Made by a program: the position numbers and the translations under genes. A model generated the notes under the pieces. The model made no database searches. It was not told where the DNA came from and was given only the letters and a program-made list of their open reading frames with translations. A DNA stretch of 62,730 nt, filler included, from Stramenopiles sp. TOSAG23-2 (Eukaryota), in assembly GCA_900128395.1 (NCBI GenBank). It is 7 parts of 7 records of this genome, joined end to end, with 100 filler letters (N's around TTAATTAATTAA, not from the genome) between each part and the next. Parts side by side here need not be neighbours in the genome. Positions count along the whole stretch, not along the records: positions 1 to 27,155 come from LT649421.1; 6 more parts are not named here. One strand, written 5' to 3'. Shown here piece by piece: positions 10,612-20,687 of the stretch. The first letter of the stretch is position 1, and each line of letters opens with the position of its first letter.

Positions 10612-13566
10612 ATGGGTGTAAAAAGAAAACAATCAAGTAATAAAAGTAATATTTCCACGTCAAGGAGAAAAAAAAAAGCGAAAGTAACGGAACCCCCCGC
10701 GGAAAATGAAAGCGATTACTTTCGCCTTGCAAAACCAGAGGTACGATTGGCCGAAGCTAAATTAGGCTTTGGTGAGGTAGATAACTTACCAGATGTAAAA
10801 GAAGTTCGAGATCCAAGTGAGCTCGAGACGAATGCGGCTGCTGGTAGTACTACGAGCGGTTCGAACGACGCAAGTACAGAATTATTTGAAGATTCTGACG
10901 ATGAGATACAATTAGTATCTAGTAATATGGAAAAACAATTATTTCCCCACCAACGAGAATATTGTCAAACGCATAAATTTCATCCGCAAAATATATTCAA
11001 AGGCAATCATATTACATGTATGAAATGTTATTGTTTCATTTGTGATAAGCCCGCATCGGAATGTGAAGAATGGTTTAATCCTGAACGGCCAAATGCGCTG
11101 AATGAACACCATTGCAATGCATACCCGTCGAAAGACTCTCCTCATTGGCAAGTGAAGAAATGGTTAAAGTTAAATCCGGTACAAAATTTATTAGTCAATT
11201 TAACAAACCCGAAAGATAGTGATGGAACAACCCAACAAAAAGGAACACCATATGAATTATATGCAGAATTTCAACGTGTTCGATTACGAATGGATCGTTC
11301 TTGGCGATTGTATGAAGCTGGAGAGGCGAAAATGAAAAAAGTTGGTCGTGCGACTAAATCTGTCTTGATACATAATTTTAAACATGTCACGTCATGGTTT
11401 CAAAAATTATTTTTCGCAACAAGAATGGTGAAAAATGAAGAGAAATGGATATCTAAATTTGTCATATTAGATGCAATGACTGAGGTCATGGTAGCACGTA
11501 CATGGCGTCCACCAAAACATGCTAGTACAGAAAGTGAATGGGATCCTGCTGCAGAAAAAACATCCAGTCGCATCATGCTGAGTTTAGGAAGTCGTTGGTT
11601 AACTTGTTATGCAAAATGTAGTGAAGAGCACCGGTTCGAGTTAAGTAAAGCAATACAAACTCGCATTTTGCATTTAAAAATGTTGGCTAAAGAATCAACA
11701 ATATTTAATAGTGGGTTTTCCGTCATCTTGAGCTTAAGTAGACACGGACAAAATACTTCAAGTGCGGCAAAAGATGTATTAAAAGCATGTAGTAATCTCT
11801 ACCGTTCTATTTTAAGAAGACGTTTACATCATGTAAAATTGCCAGATTCGGATAAAAATGCTGGTCCAAAATACCATGAAGTATGTATGAAAGATTCAAT
11901 CATGTTGCCATTTTTAAAATCGATAAAGGATCATAATATTGAATATTGTGATGAAACTAGTATTACAAAAAGATGTGAAGGATTGTCAAGTAAATGTAAA
12001 TTTTATCATGAACCTTGCATTGACAATTGGAAAAATATGTTTGAAAATAATACAGATCAACAAATTTTGACGCAAGACGATGTCAATGATTCGTTTAATT
12101 TTATAAAACTTTCGCTAGATGCGAAATATTCCTTTTCAACACGGCGTAAAATTAAGTTTAAAAAAATCGTGAATTATACATTATGCTATTTTCACATTGC
12201 ATTTTCATTAGCAGCAGATCATGCCACCGTATCGAGGGAAGCATTTACGTTGACCAATAAAGGCATGGAAGTTTTACTAGATATAATTAAAGAGTACCAC
12301 GGTAGAACGACACCAATTGAATCTTTGATCTTTCAATTATGCATGCAAGTAACAACGTTGTACATTCAGTTTTTCACTGAACGGGTACCAAAAGGTACAA
12401 ATCCTACAAATCCAAAAATGCCAGGACATATTAAAGATAAATTGTACAAAATGTGGCCACAAATACTGAAATTGTATAACGTTGCTTGGAATTTAAAAGA
12501 TGGTAAATATGCAAATGAAAAGAACAATATATTAAATAAATACAAAATGATAAGTAGAGATGATAAGAAGCGACATACATATTATGTTTTTCAAGAGCTT
12601 GGGATGATCACATCTTTCCTTTTGGATCCAAAAATCGAGACTGGTGCAATATATTGGCAATGTGAATTTGTAAAAACAAGTGAATCATATAAACGTCTGC
12701 GACAATATGCAAAAGTTATGGGTAAATCTGATATTAAGAAGTTACTACCAAGTTTCACAATAAACAAGTTGAAACGAGAAGCAGATATGTTAAGTGGAAT
12801 ATTAAAATCTGATGGCAAGAAAGATAGTACATCTACTATGGAAACCATTTCAATTGAGCCAAATAGGCAGCCAAAAGGACTAAAAGTGCATAGAATGCGT
12901 GATGGAAATAGCTTTGAAGTAGTAAAATATGACAGCAATAATTCCAGTGCCAGTACAGTTGGATATGTCTCATCGATATCAAACACGACAGCAACAACGA
13001 CTGGTGGCGCACGGTCTTTGGCAGCTCAGAGTATGAGCCGTAGTGCAATTGATAATAATAATAATAATAATAATAACAACAACAATAATGATAATGATAA
13101 AAATAATGGAAAGAATGGTATAGGTGGAGATGATTATGCAAAATGGACTAAGTATGGATCAAATCATCAACTTTCTACTAGTAAAAAACATGTTGAACGA
13201 ATTGAAAAAGGTAATCCTAATTTAGTAACTTGGTATCAACATACATTTGATAAAACCCCAGGCATAAAAGTAGATTGTCAAAGTGGAGAGCCAGTTATAA
13301 GAGTTATACCAGATAAAGTTAAAGAAGCTGTGAAAAATATTAAAGAAGGTGATATAATACAAAGTATCAATGATAAGTATGTTCAAGATTTATGGCGATT
13401 TTTACCGTTAGATATTAGGCAAGAAGATTTTCTGGTTCGTAATCCAGAAAATACGGAAGAATTAGTACCTTGTCAATTTATAGCCAACGCAATGAAAGAG
13501 GAATTTGAAAAATTTTGGCATAAAACAACTTTTCCAGTACATGTGTGTTTTGTAAGAAATGTGTAG
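10612..13566 (+). CDS. Protein with Cys/His zinc-binding module (RIN13-like FPHxRxxC...CxxCxCxxCD...HCxA) and C-terminal PDZ-like domain
   Basis: LFPHQREYCQTHKF...CMKCYCFICDKPASECEEW...HCNA; basic NLS-like N-terminus; C-terminal GIKV...IKEGDIIQSINDKYV. Confidence 0.65.
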   Translation: MGVKRKQSSNKSNISTSRRKKKAKVTEPPAENESDYFRLAKPEVRLAEAKLGFGEVDNLPDVKEVRDPSELETNAAAGSTTSGSNDASTELFEDSDDEIQLVSSNMEKQLFPHQREYCQTHKFHPQNIFKGNHITCMKCYCFICDKPASECEEWFNPERPNALNEHHCNAYPSKDSPHWQVKKWLKLNPVQNLLVNLTNPKDSDGTTQQKGTPYELYAEFQRVRLRMDRSWRLYEAGEAKMKKVGRATKSVLIHNFKHVTSWFQKLFFATRMVKNEEKWISKFVILDAMTEVMVARTWRPPKHASTESEWDPAAEKTSSRIMLSLGSRWLTCYAKCSEEHRFELSKAIQTRILHLKMLAKESTIFNSGFSVILSLSRHGQNTSSAAKDVLKACSNLYRSILRRRLHHVKLPDSDKNAGPKYHEVCMKDSIMLPFLKSIKDHNIEYCDETSITKRCEGLSSKCKFYHEPCIDNWKNMFENNTDQQILTQDDVNDSFNFIKLSLDAKYSFSTRRKIKFKKIVNYTLCYFHIAFSLAADHATVSREAFTLTNKGMEVLLDIIKEYHGRTTPIESLIFQLCMQVTTLYIQFFTERVPKGTNPTNPKMPGHIKDKLYKMWPQILKLYNVAWNLKDGKYANEKNNILNKYKMISRDDKKRHTYYVFQELGMITSFLLDPKIETGAIYWQCEFVKTSESYKRLRQYAKVMGKSDIKKLLPSFTINKLKREADMLSGILKSDGKKDSTSTMETISIEPNRQPKGLKVHRMRDGNSFEVVKYDSNNSSASTVGYVSSISNTTATTTGGARSLAAQSMSRSAIDNNNNNNNNNNNNDNDKNNGKNGIGGDDYAKWTKYGSNHQLSTSKKHVERIEKGNPNLVTWYQHTFDKTPGIKVDCQSGEPVIRVIPDKVKEAVKNIKEGDIIQSINDKYVQDLWRFLPLDIRQEDFLVRNPENTEELVPCQFIANAMKEEFEKFWHKTTFPVHVCFVRNV

Positions 13567-13989
13567 AGTGACACAGCAGAGAGAGGGAGTAGAATACGAT
13601 GTACATTAATGTAAAATGTTTTATCGTCGCATGATGCCTCTGTCTCTTTTTGCTTTTATATAAAAATAATAATTATTAAATATATATGTACGCGTACGAA
13701 AAGTATTATTCGTACTTGGTATGATACGTATATTTTTTTATATATATATGATCTGCATATAATATCACTTTTTTTATAAAATTTTTAAAATATTTGATAT
13801 AATATGATAATAATATAAATAAATTTTACGAGAGTATATTCTTGTTTTGTATTTTTTTAAAAAATACAAAACAATAAAAATTTAAAACACACATACGAAG
13901 CTCGTGTAAAAAAATTTAAATGGTGGAAAAATTACACACTCTGATAACTAGCCGCTAGCGCGTATTTTAAAAAAATATAATACATTTTT

Positions 13990-14490
13990 TTACACGCCTC
14001 TCATTTTCTCTTCTCTATCTTTACGTCTCTGCTCTTTTCGTTCTTTTTTTCTTCGTTTTTTTGCTTTCCTTTTCTTAATTGCTGCCAATGTTCGAACGCG
14101 CAATAATTTATTTCCATCCCATACTGATCCGTTTGGCATATACAAGCAACCTTGATAATGAACGCTAAACATATGACTAGATGTATCTGCTTTACGAGCT
14201 TCTTCGTGTATTGAATATGTATCACCACCAACCTGTGGATCTACTCTCTTCATAAATAAATCACAATTACGATTACGCTTCACCCACGCTGCTGCTTGTT
14301 CATCCTCTTCTAACATGTCATTATTAACATATGAAAATCCCAATGATGGAATTTTTTCTAATGATCGTGATGATTTTTTATTTATTCTAAGCTTCATTAT
14401 GCCACGTGCAGGTATTGGTGGGGCCGTATCTTTCTTTAAACTAAGCAATTTCCCACGAACTATAGGAGTACCAGGGGGGTCATAATGCAT
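13990..14490 (-). CDS. Hypothetical protein with basic C-terminal coiled coil
   Basis: Frame open from 14622; first ATG (aaaacaATG) at 14490; protein-like composition. Confidence 0.55.
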   Translation of the reverse strand: MHYDPPGTPIVRGKLLSLKKDTAPPIPARGIMKLRINKKSSRSLEKIPSLGFSYVNNDMLEEDEQAAAWVKRNRNCDLFMKRVDPQVGGDTYSIHEEARKADTSSHMFSVHYQGCLYMPNGSVWDGNKLLRVRTLAAIKKRKAKKRRKKERKEQRRKDREEKMRGV

Positions 14491-14605
14491 TGTTTTTATC
14501 CCTCCGTTTTTATCTTTATGGTATTTATCATCTTCATGATAATCATTTGATAAATAGCTCCCAGAGAAATGTTTAAATCCTTGACCAACTAAATTACTTG
14601 AAATA

Positions 14606-15034
14606 ATGCGATCGAGAACCAAGGTTGCAAACCATAATAAGAGAAGGCCTGTGACGGCTGGAAGGCGTAGAAAAATTGTTGATAGAAATCATCAAATTGC
14701 AAGAAATTTCAGTCGAAAGTATGTACATAAGCCAAAAATAGCAGAATTTAAGAAAAAAGCAAGACCGCAAAGCGCACCAGCAAGAAGGGATAGAGGAGCA
14801 AAAGATGCAATAAGTAAAAAATATATTTTCATGAATCGCAAACTTCCGTATTCAGGAACTAATAAAGGAAAGAAAAAAAACAAGAAGCGTCGTATTCATC
14901 TTAATATGAAATATAAATGGCCATTAAAGAAAAATCTTGGAATAGAAATAAAACCATGGAAACCATTTTATGAGAAGGAAGAAATCGATGAAAAAGCTAC
15001 TGCAACTGCTGCAAATAGTCCTGAGACAAAATAG
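14606..15034 (+). CDS. Hypothetical basic protein (RPVTAG and RPQSAP motifs)
   Basis: aataATG start, 142 aa, low-complexity basic sequence of the kind common in flagellate proteins. Confidence 0.55.
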   Translation: MRSRTKVANHNKRRPVTAGRRRKIVDRNHQIARNFSRKYVHKPKIAEFKKKARPQSAPARRDRGAKDAISKKYIFMNRKLPYSGTNKGKKKNKKRRIHLNMKYKWPLKKNLGIEIKPWKPFYEKEEIDEKATATAANSPETK

Positions 15035-15181
15035 AGCTTGAGACACGCGTTTGTGAGTAAAAATAAATACGAATATATAGAGAAGCTAAAAAAAGTTCGA
15101 CGTAAATTAATTGTGATGTAAAATGCATATTATTAAAAAGCATTTTACGAAGTATCATAAAAATATATTTTATACGAGTAC

Positions 15182-15272
15182 ATTATATATTAGTTTTAAT
15201 TAAATGCATAACTTATCCCCATTTTTATCATCTCTAAAAGTATATACTGTAGTTGCTGTAACCATTGTTGCC
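15182..15272 (+). repeat. ~90-bp direct repeat, left copy
   Basis: Matches 19125-19212 except for a 1-nt and a 2-nt indel. Confidence 0.9.
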
Positions 15273-15826
15273 GGCTACACAAATCTGAATTCAATGTATT
15301 CTAAGTACAAACCAATGCCATTGATGTCTGCAGGTGAAATTATAAACACAGTAACAGAATGTAGTACCAGCCCAGCCAGTACTCAGGAAACCTCGCTATG
15401 CTATTCGCATATACAGTATGGCAGCTGTCGCTGCCATATTGTATATACCCAGCCAGGTAGACTACCAGGTACATAAAGAAGGCGCTGGAAGGGGAAGAAA
15501 AAGGATATTTTTTAATTTCAGCACATTCAGCATCACACACACCACATAGCTCTACTTTTGTATTAACTAGTATACTGTATATAGGAGATGCTATTATTAT
15601 TACCCATCATTTCAAAAAAAAAAGATATGCACATTAACATATATATTATTATTACTATCTTCAATATAATATAAATATACCCATTATATTGAAGACAGCC
15701 TATCTATAGGTTGGAAAAGAAACAATATATATCTTTATGAGCTGTGCATAAGATCAATAAATAAAGAGCAAGTGAAAAAAACATTTAAAAAAAACAAAGA
15801 AAGGAAACAACAACGAAAACATCAAA

Positions 15827-18800
15827 ATGAAAAGAAATATATTCAGAAATACTTTTGTTATTGCTGCTGCATTATACGTTGTTGTGACAGGTAATGTTGC
15901 ATGGTCAGCGAAGGCGACAGCATACAGCTTCACTGACTTACTGGAACAAGATGATAGTTACTTCGACAATAGTTACAATGACAATGTCGAGCCAATAGGC
16001 ATTAAACAGATGTCAATTGACTTGAGCCTAGGTGTTACAGCAAGGTCAATTGATAAGGACAATGATGCTATGCCGCTAATTACACCAGTTCCAATTGATA
16101 ATATAATTGTACCTGGTTGTATGGATGCTAGCGCTAGTAACTTTAATTTGGAAGCAACAGAAGAAGACAATTCGTGCATTTTCAGGGGGTGTACTGATGA
16201 AGAGGCTGCTAATTACAATTGGCGAGCAACTGAAGACGACGATAGTTGCATTTTCATATCTGGTTGTACAGATGAAACTGCAACAAATTATTCTCCTGAT
16301 GCAACGAAAGATGATGGTTCATGTGTGCATGTTATTGCTGGGTGTATGAATGTAAAAGCAAGTAACTATAATGAAAATGCAAATGAAGAAGATTTTTCTT
16401 GCATTATAAAAGGTTGTACATCTGAAGATGCACCAAATTATGATTGGGAAGCGACTGTTGATGATGGCAGCTGTGAATCGTCTGTTCAAGGTTGCATGGA
16501 CGAAACCGCTAATAATTACAATCCAGATGCAATGGAAGATGATGGTTCGTGTATGCATGTATATGGATGTACAAATGAAGAAGCGTCTAATTACAATTTT
16601 GAGGCAACACGAGATGATGATTCATGCATTTTATCTGCCCCTGGTTGTCTTGATGATACGGCAAGCAATTTTGATGCAACTGCAACTGAAGATTCTGGTG
16701 AATGTATATATGAAGGCTGCACAGACGAGACATTTCCAAATTTTTCATATGAAGCAACGTTGGATGATGGTACCTGTGAACATAAATTGGGATGTACTAA
16801 TGAAGAAGCTACCAATTTTGATTGGGAAGCGACAAAAGATGATGAAAGTTGTGAAATAGTTAAAGGATGTATGGACGAAGAGGCTGAAAATTACAATTTT
16901 GAAGCTGTTGAAGATGATGGTACATGTATAGTTCCTAAATACGGATGCATGGATGAAGATGCAAGTAATTATGATCCTATTGCAACAGTTGATGATGGAG
17001 AATGTATTGTTTCCGGTTGTACAAACGATGAAGCTGAAAATTTTGACCCAGAGGCAACTGAGGACGATGCATCTTGCGAGATTATTCATGATGATGCTTT
17101 CTCGGACAACGATCCGGATATGAGCACTGTTTCAAACATTTTAAATCAATGTGAAGATTATAATGATGATGAGGGTAATGACAACTTTTGGCGTAGACGT
17201 TTAAAAAGTTTTAATGACAATGACGAAGAAGCGGATGGATGGGATGATTTTTCTTTTGATGATTTTTCTTCTGACGATGATGAAGAAGATGATGATGGCT
17301 GGGGAGATTTTGATGATGATGATGGCTGGGGAGATTTTGATGATGATGATGATGCGTGTGATGAAGCGGTTGATAAATTCGTAGATGACGAAGAAGAAGA
17401 AGATGATGATGATGATGATGATGAGTGGGGAAATTTAGTTGATAATGATTATGAAAAAGAAGGAAAGGAGGAGCAAAAGAATGAAAAGAAAAAAAAATTA
17501 AAGGAAAAGTTAAAACGTTTACGAAAAAAGAAGAAACAAGAACAGAAAAATAAGAAATTAAAAATTAAAATTTTAAAAGAAAAGATGAAGCTTAAAAAAA
17601 ATAAGGAGAAGTTTAAGACTAAACAAAAATGCTTAAAGAATAAGAAAAAAGCTAGTAATGATAAAGAATGCAAGAAGTTGTTGAAAAAAGAACTAGACTT
17701 TCATAAACAAAAAGACGACAAGAAAAAGAAAGGAAGACAAAGAAAGGTGATGGAAGAAGATGAAAAAACGTCAAAGATTAAAGCAAAAGAGGACATACTT
17801 AAAAGACGTGAACAAACTCTTAATAAAATTACAAAAAAGAATGACGACAAAAAGAAAAAGAACGAAGAAGGAAAGAAAAGAATATCTGTAAATAAAGAAG
17901 AAAATCGGAAGAGAAAAGAATCTAATGAAAAAAAAATTGCAAAAGGCAAAGAGGCAAGGGAGAAAAGGGAACGAGGCAAGAAGGTAACAAAAAAAAGACA
18001 ATCAGATCGAAAACAGCAAAATAAAATTAATGAGCAAGTGAAAAAATCTAAAAAACAAAAAGAGGAAAAAACAAAGAAGTTAAAGACCAAAATGGAGGAT
18101 AAAAAGAAAGAAGACAAAAAAAATGAACAGAAAAAAAAGTTAGATAGAAAACGTAAGGCTAACGAGAAAGAAAAGAATGAAAAAAAGAAACGGCATGAAG
18201 AAAATGAGAAGAAGGTCAAGCAAGCAAATGAACAAGAAAAAAAGAGTTTAACAAATAAGAAGAAAAAAGAGGAGGAAATGAAAAACATAAAAAAAGCTGC
18301 AGCTGAAGCAAAAAAAAAGCAACAGAAAGCAAATGAACAAAAAAGGAAAAAAGTTGAAAAATCTAAAGAGGAAAAGAAAAAACAAAATGAAAAAGCCAAA
18401 GAAGAAAAAAAGAAGCAACATAAAGCGGAGGAAAGTAAAAAGAGTCAAGTTAAAAAAGCAAATGAAGCTAAAGAGAAGAAACGGCAAACACAGGAAGCTA
18501 AAAAGAAAAAACATGAAAAAGATAATGAAGCAAAGAAGAAACATCATGCTCAAGTAAAACAGCGAGCAGAACAAAAAGCAAAAAAACATAAGGAAGAAAA
18601 TAGTAAAAGAAAAAAGGCTGCAGCAGAACAAACTCAAAAACGAAAAAAGCAAGCTGCGGAGAAGAAGGCAGAGCAAAATAGTAAAAAACAAAAGCAAGCT
18701 GAGCAAAAGAAGAAAAAACATAAGAAAGCTGAACAAAAGAAGAAAAAACAAAAGCATGCGGAGCAAAAGAAGAAACGAAACAAAAAAAGGAAGCTAAATA

Positions 18801-18904
18801 CTGAAAGTAGGGACAATTTTGACGATGCTTTCGATCCACAAAATACCCAACAACAAAGAAAATTACGTGGAAGATTAATGAGTGATAAAATGTACAAAAA
18901 ATAA
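15827..18904 (+). CDS. Secreted protein: 13 GC(T/M)xxxAxN(Y/F)xxxAxxDDxxC repeats, Asp/Trp-rich acidic block, Lys-rich coiled coil
   Basis: Signal-peptide-like N-terminus; 13 counted two-Cys repeats; RRRL motif; DDDGWGDF repeats; ~450-aa K/E/Q coiled coil. Confidence 0.85.
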   Translation: MKRNIFRNTFVIAAALYVVVTGNVAWSAKATAYSFTDLLEQDDSYFDNSYNDNVEPIGIKQMSIDLSLGVTARSIDKDNDAMPLITPVPIDNIIVPGCMDASASNFNLEATEEDNSCIFRGCTDEEAANYNWRATEDDDSCIFISGCTDETATNYSPDATKDDGSCVHVIAGCMNVKASNYNENANEEDFSCIIKGCTSEDAPNYDWEATVDDGSCESSVQGCMDETANNYNPDAMEDDGSCMHVYGCTNEEASNYNFEATRDDDSCILSAPGCLDDTASNFDATATEDSGECIYEGCTDETFPNFSYEATLDDGTCEHKLGCTNEEATNFDWEATKDDESCEIVKGCMDEEAENYNFEAVEDDGTCIVPKYGCMDEDASNYDPIATVDDGECIVSGCTNDEAENFDPEATEDDASCEIIHDDAFSDNDPDMSTVSNILNQCEDYNDDEGNDNFWRRRLKSFNDNDEEADGWDDFSFDDFSSDDDEEDDDGWGDFDDDDGWGDFDDDDDACDEAVDKFVDDEEEEDDDDDDDEWGNLVDNDYEKEGKEEQKNEKKKKLKEKLKRLRKKKKQEQKNKKLKIKILKEKMKLKKNKEKFKTKQKCLKNKKKASNDKECKKLLKKELDFHKQKDDKKKKGRQRKVMEEDEKTSKIKAKEDILKRREQTLNKITKKNDDKKKKNEEGKKRISVNKEENRKRKESNEKKIAKGKEAREKRERGKKVTKKRQSDRKQQNKINEQVKKSKKQKEEKTKKLKTKMEDKKKEDKKNEQKKKLDRKRKANEKEKNEKKKRHEENEKKVKQANEQEKKSLTNKKKKEEEMKNIKKAAAEAKKKQQKANEQKRKKVEKSKEEKKKQNEKAKEEKKKQHKAEESKKSQVKKANEAKEKKRQTQEAKKKKHEKDNEAKKKHHAQVKQRAEQKAKKHKEENSKRKKAAAEQTQKRKKQAAEKKAEQNSKKQKQAEQKKKKHKKAEQKKKKQKHAEQKKKRNKKRKLNTESRDNFDDAFDPQNTQQQRKLRGRLMSDKMYKK

Positions 18905-19124
18905 AATTATTTTTCGTCTTCAATGATTAACATGTTCTTTCTACAATACTTTAAAATAATATATGACCCACGTGGGATAAGATCAGGATTATTATTTCCC
19001 TTTTTTTATGTTTTGTTCTTTATTCAATAAGAATAATAAATTGTCATTCAGTGTAATACCAATGATTATGGTTGTCACAATGGCTGTAACAGAATGGTAC
19101 TGTTCTTTTACTAATATATTTTAT

Positions 19125-19212
19125 ATTATATATTAGTTTTAATTAATGCATAACTTATCCCCATTTTTATCATCTAAAAGTATATACTGTAGTTGCTGTA
19201 ACCATTGTTGCC
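19125..19212 (+). repeat. ~90-bp direct repeat, right copy
   Basis: Matches 15182-15272. Confidence 0.9.
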
Positions 19213-19858
19213 ATTATCAGAGCTATCCAGCTATCATATCATTAATAATAAAATATTTGTCTAGGATCTATTTATTATATAATGCTATGTGTATATTATC
19301 TATTGTTACAATGCTATATACATGCCATATGTACTGCTAAAAAAAATAGTATATATACTCAAATTTTTCATATGTTTGACAAATTGAAAAGGAAACAACA
19401 CATGTTTTCGTTGCTTTGTGTGAAAGTACACACACCCGTCGATGGCTTCAGCCGCGCGGGTGATGGAATCTCTTGCGAGCATTTATTACCCTTTATCCAC
19501 AGCAGCTTCGCATTATAAAAGATAGGCTTTTATACCATCGCTTTCGGAACTACTAAAAGATGGGAGACACACAATTATAGGCGTAGAAAGGTTTAAGGTT
19601 AGCCCCTGCACCTGAAAATAGTAATGATGATGATCAAAGTGGAAGCAAATCTACAGGAGAGAATAGATTATCCTTACGACATCATGATGGATTTAGGCCA
19701 AAAGATCCTATCTCGAAGAATACACTTGGAAGCACGCTCGTTTATGATACAATGGATGAAAAGTCACAAATTGAGTCTCCATCAATTGAAAATCTAATAA
19801 ACATAATAGTTGAACATCAAAATAGTGGTGACAGCAATCAAGACGAAAGTTTTGATAG

Positions 19859-20386
19859 GCAGTAACAAAGCTTAAAGCTATGAATGTAATTACATATGGA
19901 ACTCGTATAAGCGAAATTTTAATTGAAGCTGCGAAAATACCTATTAATATTGACATGGATTTAATAAATAATGTTGATGTTGAATCATTAAAAGCAACTT
20001 TGGAGTTGACACGTTCTGTAAATCTTATCACGTATGAAAAGGTATTGAAGAAACTAGATGCAGCTAGTATGATGGAATACAATAAAGGATTTGATGTAAC
20101 CTTTATACAAAAAACATTTGAATCATATAATCAAAATGGTGATAATGACTTCGATTTTGTATTTGGGCTTTTAGTACAATCTGTTACTTCTACTTCAAAT
20201 CAACTTTGGAAATCTATTGTCTTACAACAGTTTAAAAATTTACGTGATGGCGATTCGTTATGGTATGAATTCAAGGAGTCGAAGGAAGTTGTAGATGTAT
20301 TAAGTGAATTAAGCTTATTGGGATTTTTGAGAAAAGTCACGGGTGTTAGAAGTTTAAAAGTGGAATTCAATTATAATGAAGAATAA
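19859..20386 (+). pseudogene. C-terminal fragment of a degenerate animal-type haem peroxidase (peroxidase-cyclooxygenase) domain
   Basis: SIVLQQFKNLRDGDSLWYE matches the family consensus IxxQFxxLRDGDRFWYE; DFDFVFGLLVQ resembles DIDLFVGGLLE; the N-terminal catalytic half is absent. Confidence 0.6.
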
Positions 20387-20687
20387 TGCGAGACGTACGT
20401 AGAGAGAAGGGTTTTTATTGACACCCAAACACCGTACGTGTATTTTATTAATTTATTATATATAATCAAAATTACTTCGTATTATGAATATGATAGTACA
20501 CACACACATAAAATATACTTCGTACTCAAATATAATTAATATTTTTACAAGATTTAAAACACAAATATAATAATATATATAATATGAATAAGAGAATTAT
20601 TTTATATGAGTAAGAGAATACGTAATATATTATTTAAGACTCTATCAGACACTATTAATGTAAAAGACTGTCATCATCCTTTTTATT

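Noticed and set aside
17449-18923. Long Phe/Leu/Ser-rich minus-strand ORFs
   Set aside because: They are antisense shadows of the Lys/Glu-rich coiled coil; the same applies to most short overlapping ORFs in the track.
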